A stretch of 64,000 bases of DNA, from the NCBI GenBank assembly GCA_963662285.2, contig CAXXMV010000006.1, positions 960,001-1,024,000 on the forward strand. Direction: 5' to 3'. Both the position numbers and the translations under genes were made by a program. Positions 36,975 through 46,382 of this stretch are shown here, piece by piece (the stretch's first letter is position 1; the number at the start of each line of letters is the position of its first letter). The notes beneath the pieces were generated by a model, which saw only the letters and a program-made list of their open reading frames with translations, was not told the origin of the DNA and made no database searches. The DNA is from a bacterium. Lineage in GTDB: Bacteria > Hinthialibacterota > Hinthialibacteria > Hinthialibacterales > Hinthialibacteraceae.

Positions 36975-38930
36975 CTAATTTAATGGCATATTCAATTTAA
37001 ATGACGTTCCTTGGCCCTGTTTACTTTCAACCACAAGAGTTCCACCATGCAATTCAACTAAATCCTTGGCGATAGATAATCCCAAACCTGAACCTTTGGC
37101 GAAATGCTTTGAAGCAGTTGTACGGTAAAAACGTTCCCAGATTTTCAAGCACTCTTCAGACGTCATCCCGATGCCGGAATCTTTAACTGATAGTGAAACA
37201 GTCTTATCATCCTGCCATAAACGAATATCCACGCTTCCTTTTTCCGGCGTGTATTTAATGGCGTTGCTTATCAGTTCTCCAACAACGCGTTCAATTTTTC
37301 CCCCATCAATATGGATATTGAAATCACCTTCACCATATTCGCATGTAAGTTTAATCTGCTTTTGGTCGGCTGCTGGCTGGTTTTCGCTGATTATGTTTTC
37401 GACTAACGCTTTAAAGGGAACGTCTGTTTTTTCTAATACTATGCGTCCTGATTCAATGCGGGATAGATCAAGTACGTCGTTGATCAGGTTCGTCAGTCTA
37501 TCAACCGATTTTGTGGCGCGGGTCATGACTTTGGATTGTTTTTCTGTAAGTTCCCCGGCAATACCCATTAATAAGTTATCTAAACTTCCCTTGATGGCGG
37601 TTAATGGAGTGCGTAAATCATGAGACGCCTGAGATACGAATTGCGATTTCATCTTATCCAGTTTTACTAACTCCTGGTTACGGACTTCCAGCACGGTGTA
37701 ATTCTTAAGACGGCGAACCAGGATCGCAATTCCCATAAAAGACAGAATTAATGGAGCATAATGACCTGAAATCTGCCAAAAAGACCCATAATAATCTTCG
37801 TAGGTCAAAGGTGTATTACCTGGAACCATATTGAAATAGATGAGGAGATAATAGATTTTTCCCTTGAAAATTAATAATGAATATAATATTAAACCGATTA
37901 AATATATTCCGGTTTCTTTTACATCTTTCATATTTAGCCGGATAATATCAACCAGCATAATAAAAATAGTTAATCCAAATAATTGGTGAAACAGAACATC
38001 TACTGAAAAACCCCAGGATAAATCGAAAGAGCAGACGCATAATTCAATTAAAAATAAGAAGAATAGGATTATACGTAAAAAACTAACTGCTTTCCAATAA
38101 TTGTTACAATATATAGTTTCGTAAAAACAGACCAGACAAAGAGGCGCTATTTGGTTAAAGAAGGTCAAAAGCATGTCAAAAGACATCGAATAACCTAAAT
38201 AGGGATATAAATATCCTGGCCAGTTAAATAGTGCTAGTCCACTAAAAAGAGCGAAGCCCCCAAAAAACAAATATTCCTTTTCCCTTAGAAATACAAACAT
38301 GCTTAATGATAAAATCCCGATAAATATAAGCATGAGATTAACTATGAAAAAATCTAAACCGCGGATAAAAATATCTAATAATAAATCAGAGCGTGATCCA
38401 ACGTATCGATACACTGAAAGTCCTACTAACTTATAGGGAGAATAAATACGAAGAAATAGCATCTTTCCTAAATGAGATTTTTGTAGAGGAATGATTTGCC
38501 AATGAGAAAATAAATGCAGTTTTGTCGCAGGTTTTAATTCTCCTAATTGATAAATCTTATCCGCATCGACATAGGCTTCAACATCACCGCATATATTTAA
38601 TAGTAATGATGGATCTAGCCAATCGCCTTCAGGTATAGGAACTTTAAACCAAAGAAAATCCGCGCCATTGCGTCCGGGAGGCATGTCAAGATCCTCGCTG
38701 GTTACCCATTCAACGCTCTCAATTTCTTCATAGGTCCAGATTGGAATGCCGTTTTCGTCTACAGGAGAATCTCCCCAGTGATGTTTCCATCCTGTTAGTA
38801 CTTTCTGAGGTATATCAGTGCGGATGTTTGGCGGTGCGGATATAGACCAAAAGCGCCATACGCAAAATACCGATAACACGGTAATCAGTAGACTGGCCGT
38901 CCATAGATGTTTCCACTGGGTTGATTTCAT
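36975..38930 (-). CDS. Sensor histidine kinase with extracellular beta domain and 7TM region (7TM-DISM-like)
   Basis: Periplasmic domain, ~7 TM helices, and HisKA/HATPase nearly identical in motifs to 31990-33108. Confidence 0.88.
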   Translation of the reverse strand: MKSTQWKHLWTASLLITVLSVFCVWRFWSISAPPNIRTDIPQKVLTGWKHHWGDSPVDENGIPIWTYEEIESVEWVTSEDLDMPPGRNGADFLWFKVPIPEGDWLDPSLLLNICGDVEAYVDADKIYQLGELKPATKLHLFSHWQIIPLQKSHLGKMLFLRIYSPYKLVGLSVYRYVGSRSDLLLDIFIRGLDFFIVNLMLIFIGILSLSMFVFLREKEYLFFGGFALFSGLALFNWPGYLYPYLGYSMSFDMLLTFFNQIAPLCLVCFYETIYCNNYWKAVSFLRIILFFLFLIELCVCSFDLSWGFSVDVLFHQLFGLTIFIMLVDIIRLNMKDVKETGIYLIGLILYSLLIFKGKIYYLLIYFNMVPGNTPLTYEDYYGSFWQISGHYAPLILSFMGIAILVRRLKNYTVLEVRNQELVKLDKMKSQFVSQASHDLRTPLTAIKGSLDNLLMGIAGELTEKQSKVMTRATKSVDRLTNLINDVLDLSRIESGRIVLEKTDVPFKALVENIISENQPAADQKQIKLTCEYGEGDFNIHIDGGKIERVVGELISNAIKYTPEKGSVDIRLWQDDKTVSLSVKDSGIGMTSEECLKIWERFYRTTASKHFAKGSGLGLSIAKDLVELHGGTLVVESKQGQGTSFKLNMPLN

Positions 38931-38952
38931 TGACTAACTCCCGTTAATCCCT

Positions 38953-39756
38953 TCATGCATTAGTGGTTTTCATCAGCTGTAAAGCGACGTTCTTGAATGT
39001 ATCACCGTATACATCATTCTGCCGGGATAGATAATCCAGTACGCCGGACATTTTTTCCGTGGTTATGGGATGCCAGCCTTCGCCGTTCATGCCATGCAGG
39101 CCGATCACCAGCCAGCCGTTTTTTTCTCTGGCTTGATTTATCATGTCGATGATCTCATCCAGCCCGGTATGTGACAGAGGCCACCAGCTGCGCACCGCCA
39201 TCAGGTCGGTTTCGCCGGGGATGTTAATTGTTCCGGTGCGCGTGCCTTCACGGGCTGCGATATAATAACGCGCGATTTCATTGCGCACTTCAAATGATAA
39301 ATGGTTGTAGGGCAGGGCAAGGGTTTTGCGTCCATGATAATCGAGTCGTTGGGTGATGCGCCGTTTGGAATAGATTAATTCACGTTTTAACTCTTCTGGA
39401 GAGAGATCAGGTAGATGAGGGTGAGTCATGGTGTGGCTGCCGATTTCATGTCCTTTTTTGATAACCGTTTTCCAATCGCTCCAGGTTCCGTGTGATATAT
39501 TCTGGTTATAAGAATCGCTTATGCTGGATTTTAGTGGAGGAATCCAACTGGTTACCAGGTTGAAGGTGGCTTTGAAATTATATTGATCAAAGAGAGTCAA
39601 GAAAGTTTCGGTGGATTTCCAAAAGCCGTCATCAATAGAAAATGAGACCGCGAAACGTTTGTTATCTGGAAATATGTTATGGTTCATAGTCAATGCGGCG
39701 GATGGTAAAACCAAGGGAGCGGCTAATAAACTACTCAGGCAATCGCGTCGTTTCAT
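38953..39756 (-). CDS. Polysaccharide deacetylase (NodB-like), Tat-like signal
   Basis: MKRRDCL, SFSIDDG and GHEIGSHTMTHP. Confidence 0.85.
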   Translation of the reverse strand: MKRRDCLSSLLAAPLVLPSAALTMNHNIFPDNKRFAVSFSIDDGFWKSTETFLTLFDQYNFKATFNLVTSWIPPLKSSISDSYNQNISHGTWSDWKTVIKKGHEIGSHTMTHPHLPDLSPEELKRELIYSKRRITQRLDYHGRKTLALPYNHLSFEVRNEIARYYIAAREGTRTGTINIPGETDLMAVRSWWPLSHTGLDEIIDMINQAREKNGWLVIGLHGMNGEGWHPITTEKMSGVLDYLSRQNDVYGDTFKNVALQLMKTTNA

Positions 39757-39930
39757 GGTTAATCTTCTTTCCTGATCTTTCTAAGTTTTTATCATCATAC
39801 CAAAAGCCCATAGACAAAAACAGGATTCAAGAGCATATTGGATTTCTCAATTCAAGTATTATATGATATAAATGAGTAGGTAAATTAAAAAATCAATCCG
39901 CCGTTCAGGCGATAGAAATGCGAGGAAATA

Positions 39931-40908
39931 GTGAATATGAACCCAAAAGTGATTATGCAACCTCAAACCCGACGTGGATTCATCCAGACCACAGCACTGG
40001 CGTCAGCCGCATTGGCGATACCAGCTTCAGCTTCCCAAAAGGGCGCTACAACCAAGATGTTTAAAAACCTGGCTGGCGGGCATATCGGCCTTAAAGCCAA
40101 CCAGAAAGAAGCCATTGAACTGGCTGCTAAACACGGTTTTGAAGGAGTCACCCCCAGTGTTGGCGAATTGGCCAAAATGTCTTCCGCTCAACGCAAGGAA
40201 ACTTGTGCGATGCTTCAGGAGAAGGGACTTCGTTGGGGCGCCAATAGTCTGTCCGTTGAATTCAGAAAAGATGATGACTTATTCAAGCAAGGTCTGGCTA
40301 TATATGCTGAAGAAGCCAAAATCATGAATGAAGTGGGAATAACCCGCGTCGCTACCTGGATCATATCCGGCAGCAACGAACTTACCTTTCTGCAACATTT
40401 CAAAATGTTCCAGCATCGTTTAAGAGAATGCGCTAAGATATTGAAAGATCAGGACATTCGGCTTGGTCTGGAATTTGTCGGACCAAGAAGTACGCGCCAA
40501 CGCTTTAAGTTCCCCTTTATCTGCACCCAAATGGGCATGCTCGAACTCTGCGAAGCTATAGATACAGGTAATACCGGTCTGCTGCTTGATTGCTGGCACT
40601 GGTATACCTCACATGGCACCCCCGAAGAATTGGCGCAACTCACCAATGATCAAATTGTGCTGGTTCATATCAACGATGCGCCTAAGGATATCCCCATCGA
40701 CGAACAAATAGACTCAAAACGCCAACTACCATGCACCTCAGGCGTCATCGATATGAAAACCTTTATCAATACTCTGCAAAAAATCGGTTACGACGGCCCG
40801 GTCGAATGCGAACCCTTCGACGACGCCCTGCGTAAAATGGATACCGAACCCAAATTAAAGAAAACCAGCGCAGCTATAAGCCGGGCTTTTGATTTGATTG
40901 AAGGTTAG
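39931..40908 (+). CDS. Sugar-phosphate isomerase/epimerase TIM barrel, Tat signal
   Basis: TRRGFI, GLEFVG, LLDCWHW, VHINDA and GYDGPV..EPF. Confidence 0.85.
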   Translation: MNMNPKVIMQPQTRRGFIQTTALASAALAIPASASQKGATTKMFKNLAGGHIGLKANQKEAIELAAKHGFEGVTPSVGELAKMSSAQRKETCAMLQEKGLRWGANSLSVEFRKDDDLFKQGLAIYAEEAKIMNEVGITRVATWIISGSNELTFLQHFKMFQHRLRECAKILKDQDIRLGLEFVGPRSTRQRFKFPFICTQMGMLELCEAIDTGNTGLLLDCWHWYTSHGTPEELAQLTNDQIVLVHINDAPKDIPIDEQIDSKRQLPCTSGVIDMKTFINTLQKIGYDGPVECEPFDDALRKMDTEPKLKKTSAAISRAFDLIEG

Positions 40909-41019
40909 CGATGTTATAAAGAGGTAGTTAAAATAGAGTTTGTAATCGAGTATGTAGTTTTTAATGCGCATGCTAATTGAATTTATATTCGGTTAGTATG
41001 CGCTGGAATGGAGTGAGCC

Positions 41020-42408
41020 GTGAAAATACAAGTAAAAAATCTCGGAGCGTTAAAGCAAGCTGAATTTGAACTCGGAGATTTAACGATTATCTGTGGCAGC
41101 AATAATACCGGGAAGACGTACGCCACTTACGCCCTGTTTGGGTTTCTAACGTTCTGGAGAAACGCATTTTCCATCAAAGTATCTGAAAATACTATTCGGC
41201 AGTTATTAAATGAAGGAACTACTGAACTGGACATTAGGGATTATATTAATAATGCCAGTGAAATCCTTATACAGGGCTGTAAATCATTCACAGAGCAATT
41301 ACCAGATATATTTGCTTCTGCTGACAAGCATTTTACAGACAGTGAATTCCTGGTTGAATTAGATAAAAGCGACATCAAGCCCATCTCATCTTTTGAAAGA
41401 ACTATGGGAGCAGCCAAGACGCAACTTTTTTCCATTTCCAAAAAACCGGAAAAGGATAAGGTTACTATCTCACTTCTGGTTGAAAAAGAGAAGGTGAAAA
41501 TTCCTAGAGAGATCATAAACCAAATTATCGGTGATGCATTAAAAGAAATTATTTTTGGACATCTCTTTCCTGAGCCTTTTATCGCCAGCGCAGAGCGTAC
41601 TGGCGCCGCCATTTTTCGCAAAGAACTCAATTTTTCCAGAAACCGGCTGCTGGAGCAGATGAGTTCTATGGAAAAAGATATTAATCCTTTTGAGTTGCTC
41701 ACCAAGGTTTATTCAGACTATGCATTACCAGTTAAATCAAATGTTAATTTCACCCGACAATTGGAAGATATATCAAGAAAAGATAGTTTTATAACTAAAG
41801 ATTATCCAGATATCCTTGCGGATTTTTCTGATATTATCGGCGGCGAATATGTAGTAACCAAAAATGATGAGCTGTATTTCAAGCCCAAGGGAAAAAGAAT
41901 CAGATTGACCATGGACGAAAGTTCCAGCGCGGTGCGCTCCCTGCTGGATATCGGTTTTTATTTGCGTCATGTAGCTCAACCGGGGGATTTACTCATGGTG
42001 GATGAGCCTGAATTGAACCTTCATCCAGAAAACCAACGGCGCGTGGCCCGGCTTTTTGCGCGTTTAGTTAATCTTGGCGTCAAAGTCTTTATCACGACCC
42101 ACAGCGATTATATTGTCAAGGAATTAAACACCTTGATTATGCTGAATAACGATCTCCCACGTCTTAGAGAAATTGCAAAAAATGAAAAATATCTGGATGC
42201 AGAACTTCTTTCAGTAGATAAAATCCGGGTTTACATCGCTGAAGAGGCATTAGTCATGTTGGATGGCGGGAGCCGGAAAACCCGTTGCCAGACTTTAGTC
42301 CCCGCTGATATTGATCCTCAATTAGGTATAGAAGTCCGTAGTTTTGATTCAACTATAGATGAAATGAACCGTATCCAGGAAGAGATTGTTTGGGGAGGGG
42401 AGCAATAA
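41020..42408 (+). CDS. ABC-type (AAA_15/AAA_21-like) ATPase
   Basis: Walker A GSNNTGKT, AERTG, SSSAVRSL signature, VDEPELNLHP and ITTHS. Confidence 0.88.
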   Translation: MKIQVKNLGALKQAEFELGDLTIICGSNNTGKTYATYALFGFLTFWRNAFSIKVSENTIRQLLNEGTTELDIRDYINNASEILIQGCKSFTEQLPDIFASADKHFTDSEFLVELDKSDIKPISSFERTMGAAKTQLFSISKKPEKDKVTISLLVEKEKVKIPREIINQIIGDALKEIIFGHLFPEPFIASAERTGAAIFRKELNFSRNRLLEQMSSMEKDINPFELLTKVYSDYALPVKSNVNFTRQLEDISRKDSFITKDYPDILADFSDIIGGEYVVTKNDELYFKPKGKRIRLTMDESSSAVRSLLDIGFYLRHVAQPGDLLMVDEPELNLHPENQRRVARLFARLVNLGVKVFITTHSDYIVKELNTLIMLNNDLPRLREIAKNEKYLDAELLSVDKIRVYIAEEALVMLDGGSRKTRCQTLVPADIDPQLGIEVRSFDSTIDEMNRIQEEIVWGGEQ

Positions 42409-42959
42409 TGCCTGATTTGGATATCCTCAACCAGATGATCAAAGATTCCGCCAGGGTTAGAATTGAATCACGTCACCAAAAGCCTATTGTAGTTTTAGAA
42501 GAACCTCAAGCAAAAAAGTGTTCAGTTGAAATTCGTGGATTACCGGATGATGTAGTTATAATAAAGGCTGATGCTTTTGAGTCACCGTTCTCGGTATTTA
42601 CATGTAAAAAAGGCGAATGCAAACGTGCTGATTACATTGTAGTTGCTGATACGGGGCGCAAGAAAGTGATCATCTTTATCGAAATGAAAAAGACAAAAAA
42701 AAGTAAACAGGATATTGAAAAACAATTAAGCGGCGCAAAATGCTTTCTGGCTTATTGTAAGGAAATAGGAATATCTTTCTGGGAAAATAGCAATTTCCTC
42801 TCTGGTTATAAATACCGTTTTGTCAGTATAGGACATATCAGCATCTCAAAAAGGAAGACCAGGATTGAACGGAAATCCGGTATTCATGATGAACCGGGAA
42901 AGATGATGAAGGTTGATTGGCCGTCTCATCTTCAATTCAATCATTTAGCCGGACATTGA
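42408..42959 (+). CDS. Putative PD-(D/E)xK nuclease, translationally coupled to the ATPase
   Basis: TAATG stop/start overlap. KRADYIVV...IFIEMK...KQL pattern. Confidence 0.6.
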   Translation: MPDLDILNQMIKDSARVRIESRHQKPIVVLEEPQAKKCSVEIRGLPDDVVIIKADAFESPFSVFTCKKGECKRADYIVVADTGRKKVIIFIEMKKTKKSKQDIEKQLSGAKCFLAYCKEIGISFWENSNFLSGYKYRFVSIGHISISKRKTRIERKSGIHDEPGKMMKVDWPSHLQFNHLAGH

Positions 42960-43111
42960 AACTAATCAGTATAAACACCTACTACACATAGATTTTCTGC
43001 TCAAATTTTCTTGTTTACTCAGATATTTTCCGAAAAAATCAAAATTTTTTACACATATCTCCATCGGTTGCGTCTTCTATAACAAATACACTTTTTTGGA
43101 GGAAGTAAATT

Positions 43112-43645
43112 ATGATTACTCGACGTTCCGTTGGATACTTGTTTGTCGCTTCACTGGTTTTATTCTCGTTGGCGCCTGTGGTTTCATTCGGGCAAGATGT
43201 TGACCTCCCTCTAACCTGGAAAGGCCAGGGACATGCCGTCGGTATGGATAATGGCGAAATTGCTGATACAAAACTCGAAGTTATCATCAAAGTTGATGAA
43301 GATGGCTGGGTGACAGGCAAATTCTCAACCGAGACTGAAGAAGCCGCAATTGAGCATTTCTATTATGGCCCGGAAGAAGACGGCGTCCGTAAACTGGTTG
43401 TCGTTCTGGTGCAGAAAGATAATGGTAAACTCTTTGTTATTTCCGGTAGAATGCTGCTAGGTCAGCTTTTTTACGGAGAAGTGTTTGCTAAAGCCTATGA
43501 AAAAGAGGGCGATATTGAAAAAGGTCTGTCAATAGGCGACCGCATGGCGCAAGAGATTTATAGCGATTATATCCCGCAAGGCCTGGAAAAAGCATTGAAA
43601 AAATGCAAACCAATCGGCATCCTGGGCGCAAAGGGATCATTTTAA
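43112..43645 (+). CDS. Secreted hypothetical protein
   Basis: GGAGG RBS, signal peptide, followed by a hairpin at ~43670-43705. Confidence 0.75.
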   Translation: MITRRSVGYLFVASLVLFSLAPVVSFGQDVDLPLTWKGQGHAVGMDNGEIADTKLEVIIKVDEDGWVTGKFSTETEEAAIEHFYYGPEEDGVRKLVVVLVQKDNGKLFVISGRMLLGQLFYGEVFAKAYEKEGDIEKGLSIGDRMAQEIYSDYIPQGLEKALKKCKPIGILGAKGSF

Positions 43646-43724
43646 GTTTTATTGATAGTATCATCAAACTTTCCGCCTGAGGATATAATATCTTCAGGCG
43701 GAAGATTTATTATAAGGATTATTT

Positions 43725-44255
43725 GTGAACCCTGCTAACGATATCTATTTGAGTTTAATCGATCCTCTCAAGGAAAGTATGAAACGAAGCGTCTATCGTA
43801 TCGTTCAGGACCCCGATGATGCGGCGGATGCTTTTCAGGATGCTTTATTCAAGGTTTGGAATTATTTGGATCGCATTGTAGATCATCCTAATCCTCAAGC
43901 CTATATACTGTGTATTTGCGTAAGTTCAGCCCATGATTTATTGCGGAAACGCATCCGTAAAAACCAGAACGAGGTTGCTTCACTACAAGATGAAATATCC
44001 TCCAGCTCCATAATTGAACATGCCTGTTATGCGGATGAAATTACCGATATCGTTAAACAGTCTATAAGTTCAATGCCGCTCAAACAGGCTCAAGCAGTAT
44101 TCTTACGCCTCTTCGAGCAAGAATCTTATTCGGTGATTGGTTCGGCTTTGGGATGCGCAGAAGAGACAGCCCGTTCTCATGTATCCAAAGGACTGGCATT
44201 GCTGCGTTCTATACTGATTGATAAAAAAGTATCTCTCAGCGAGGTTCATATATAA
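43725..44255 (+). CDS. ECF RNA polymerase sigma factor
   Basis: DAADAFQDALFKVW region 2 and AVFLR...SYSVIG..LGCAEETARSHVSKG region 4. Confidence 0.85.
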   Translation: MNPANDIYLSLIDPLKESMKRSVYRIVQDPDDAADAFQDALFKVWNYLDRIVDHPNPQAYILCICVSSAHDLLRKRIRKNQNEVASLQDEISSSSIIEHACYADEITDIVKQSISSMPLKQAQAVFLRLFEQESYSVIGSALGCAEETARSHVSKGLALLRSILIDKKVSLSEVHI

Positions 44256-45118
44256 TGACTCAACTCAATTCTGATGAAAAAATAATCCAAAAGGCGCTTG
44301 AGAATATCATGGACGACAACATACCCGATCCATTAAACCAACGTATGGAAAAATCTTTACAGATATTCCACGAAAACCTGTCAAACCACCCCAGTTTGCA
44401 ACGCCGCTGTAATAATCACGCAAACTGGAGCGAGTGGATATTCGGACGAAACATGGCATGGTCAACCTTCGCCATCGCTGCAACTATCCTGATATTTTCC
44501 ATTATGCTTTTCTGGAACCAGACTCCGACCTGGGCGGAAGTGACCCGTAAATTCAAGTCATTACCTTTTGTCCACGCTTCGGTATACGCCAAGAGTCTTG
44601 TTTCATCAAAAGCGCTTAATATTGAAATATGGATGGGAAGCGGCGGCAAAATCAGGCTGCGTTATGGGCCGCAGATAGTCTTCGCCAATAAAAACGGTCA
44701 GCACATTACATACAACGTATTAAGCCGTAAACAAGCCAAACCGGAAAAATTCGCGACTGATATGATTGAAATATTGAATTCAGCTGAATCATTTTCACTG
44801 GAAACCGTCATCCATACGTTAACGGGTGATATGGCTGATCTGAAAGAAATTCCCACTCTGGTCGAAGGAGTATCAGACGACATCAGCATCTTTGAATTAT
44901 CTAAAGAGAATTCGTCTAAAACAACCAGAATCTGGACGCTGCGCGAGAGCCTGCTGCCGGTTCACTTACGTCAGACTGATCTTAAAGAAGGGGACTCGAT
45001 TGATGTGCTCTTCTCTTATACGCGCCAGCAACCAGCAGAATTCTTTGATGCTGAGAATTACGAGAAGATTCTTAAGGATGCATCAATCAAGACCCACGAT
45101 CTGTATATGGCCTATTAG
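44255..45118 (+). CDS. Probable transmembrane anti-sigma factor
   Basis: Coupled to the sigma gene (TAATG), single TM, then WAEV and a periplasmic domain. Confidence 0.7.
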   Translation: MTQLNSDEKIIQKALENIMDDNIPDPLNQRMEKSLQIFHENLSNHPSLQRRCNNHANWSEWIFGRNMAWSTFAIAATILIFSIMLFWNQTPTWAEVTRKFKSLPFVHASVYAKSLVSSKALNIEIWMGSGGKIRLRYGPQIVFANKNGQHITYNVLSRKQAKPEKFATDMIEILNSAESFSLETVIHTLTGDMADLKEIPTLVEGVSDDISIFELSKENSSKTTRIWTLRESLLPVHLRQTDLKEGDSIDVLFSYTRQQPAEFFDAENYEKILKDASIKTHDLYMAY

Positions 45119-45280
45119 AGCTGTTCAATCTAAAATCGGCGTTTCGATTAAGATTTTAATGTTAATTGGTAATTAATAGGTTTTCATCAAAGGCTGGACA
45201 CAATGCGGTCTTGCCCTTGCCACCCGCCAATTGGCCTATTAGGGCGTTTCTAATACGACAGTTATAAAGCGTTCATTAAA

Positions 45281-45925
45281 CTACTCATGTTGGCGTATCA
45301 CTTTAGCCGGAACGCCTACTGCGGTAACGCCGCAGGGTAGGTTCTGCGTTACGACGGCGCCTCCACCTATTATGGTGTTTGCGCCTATCTTTATACCGGG
45401 CAGCACTGATGCGCCAATGCCGACATGCGCCCCATCGCCAATTTTGACGTTGCCGCCTAAGTTTACTCCCGGTGATAGATGGGCGCCATCGCCGATTATG
45501 CAATCATGATCTACGGTGCATCCGGTATTTAAGATAACATTTTCACCGATTTGAGCATCCCAGTTGACTATGACTCCGGCCATTACCGTTGTCCCTGCGC
45601 CAATTTCCACGCTATCCGCAATAACCGCTTTGGGATGAACTGCTGATAATAATTCGTAACCTTTGGCTCGAATCAACTCGGCTTTTTCCCGGCGCAATTG
45701 ATTATCGCCAATTGCGATAATGCCATACAGCACTTCTTGACCGCGTAGAGTTTCAAGGGCGTCTTGGGCTTGAACTACTGGAACGCCCATAACATCCATA
45801 TTGGTTCTCGTCTCGTCGTCATCCAACAGGACGGCCACGGCGGCTTCGCGGAGGCGCAGTATATCTAAAACCACTTTGGCGTGGCCGCCTGAACCATAAA
45901 GAAAAATCTGTCCGTGTTGTTTCAT
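45281..45925 (-). CDS. PglD/NeuD-family sugar O-acetyltransferase
   Basis: GSGGHAKVV, AIGDN, hexapeptide repeats, VDHDC and GVPAK. Confidence 0.92.
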   Translation of the reverse strand: MKQHGQIFLYGSGGHAKVVLDILRLREAAVAVLLDDDETRTNMDVMGVPVVQAQDALETLRGQEVLYGIIAIGDNQLRREKAELIRAKGYELLSAVHPKAVIADSVEIGAGTTVMAGVIVNWDAQIGENVILNTGCTVDHDCIIGDGAHLSPGVNLGGNVKIGDGAHVGIGASVLPGIKIGANTIIGGGAVVTQNLPCGVTAVGVPAKVIRQHE

Positions 45926-45948
45926 GAAATCTCCTACTAGTAATAATC

Positions 45949-46377
45949 TTATTCTTTCAAAAGAATATCCATTGTCAATTTAAGCAATGCTTCTTCCAGC
46001 GTAGCAGCGATAACCGGCGTTGCGTTGGTGTGGCTTACTCTCCACACATCCTGACCGGTTCGGATACCGGGTGTCATGGATGGATAAATGGTTGTTTGAT
46101 CGAATATGATCTCTATCAGTTGCTCTACATTGGGCATGAAAAAACAATCAGGTTCTGTTTCCCATTGATCGACGCATAATACCCGATCCTGTGCTATTGG
46201 GATGCCGCACAGATCATCCACTAATGCCAGGCATCCGTCTTCAACTGCCACTGCGGCATATAATTGGCCCCGATAAGCGAAACGATTGCCCGGTTGGGGA
46301 TCAAAAATGATGGATCGCTCCCGGAGCAATTGATTTAATCGTTGATAATCAGAGAGTAATTCGTAAAAGTCTGTCAT
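45949..46377 (-). CDS. Hypothetical protein
   Basis: 142-aa ORF tightly packed between co-oriented genes. Confidence 0.65.
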   Translation of the reverse strand: MTDFYELLSDYQRLNQLLRERSIIFDPQPGNRFAYRGQLYAAVAVEDGCLALVDDLCGIPIAQDRVLCVDQWETEPDCFFMPNVEQLIEIIFDQTTIYPSMTPGIRTGQDVWRVSHTNATPVIAATLEEALLKLTMDILLKE

Positions 46378-46382
46378 GTAGT

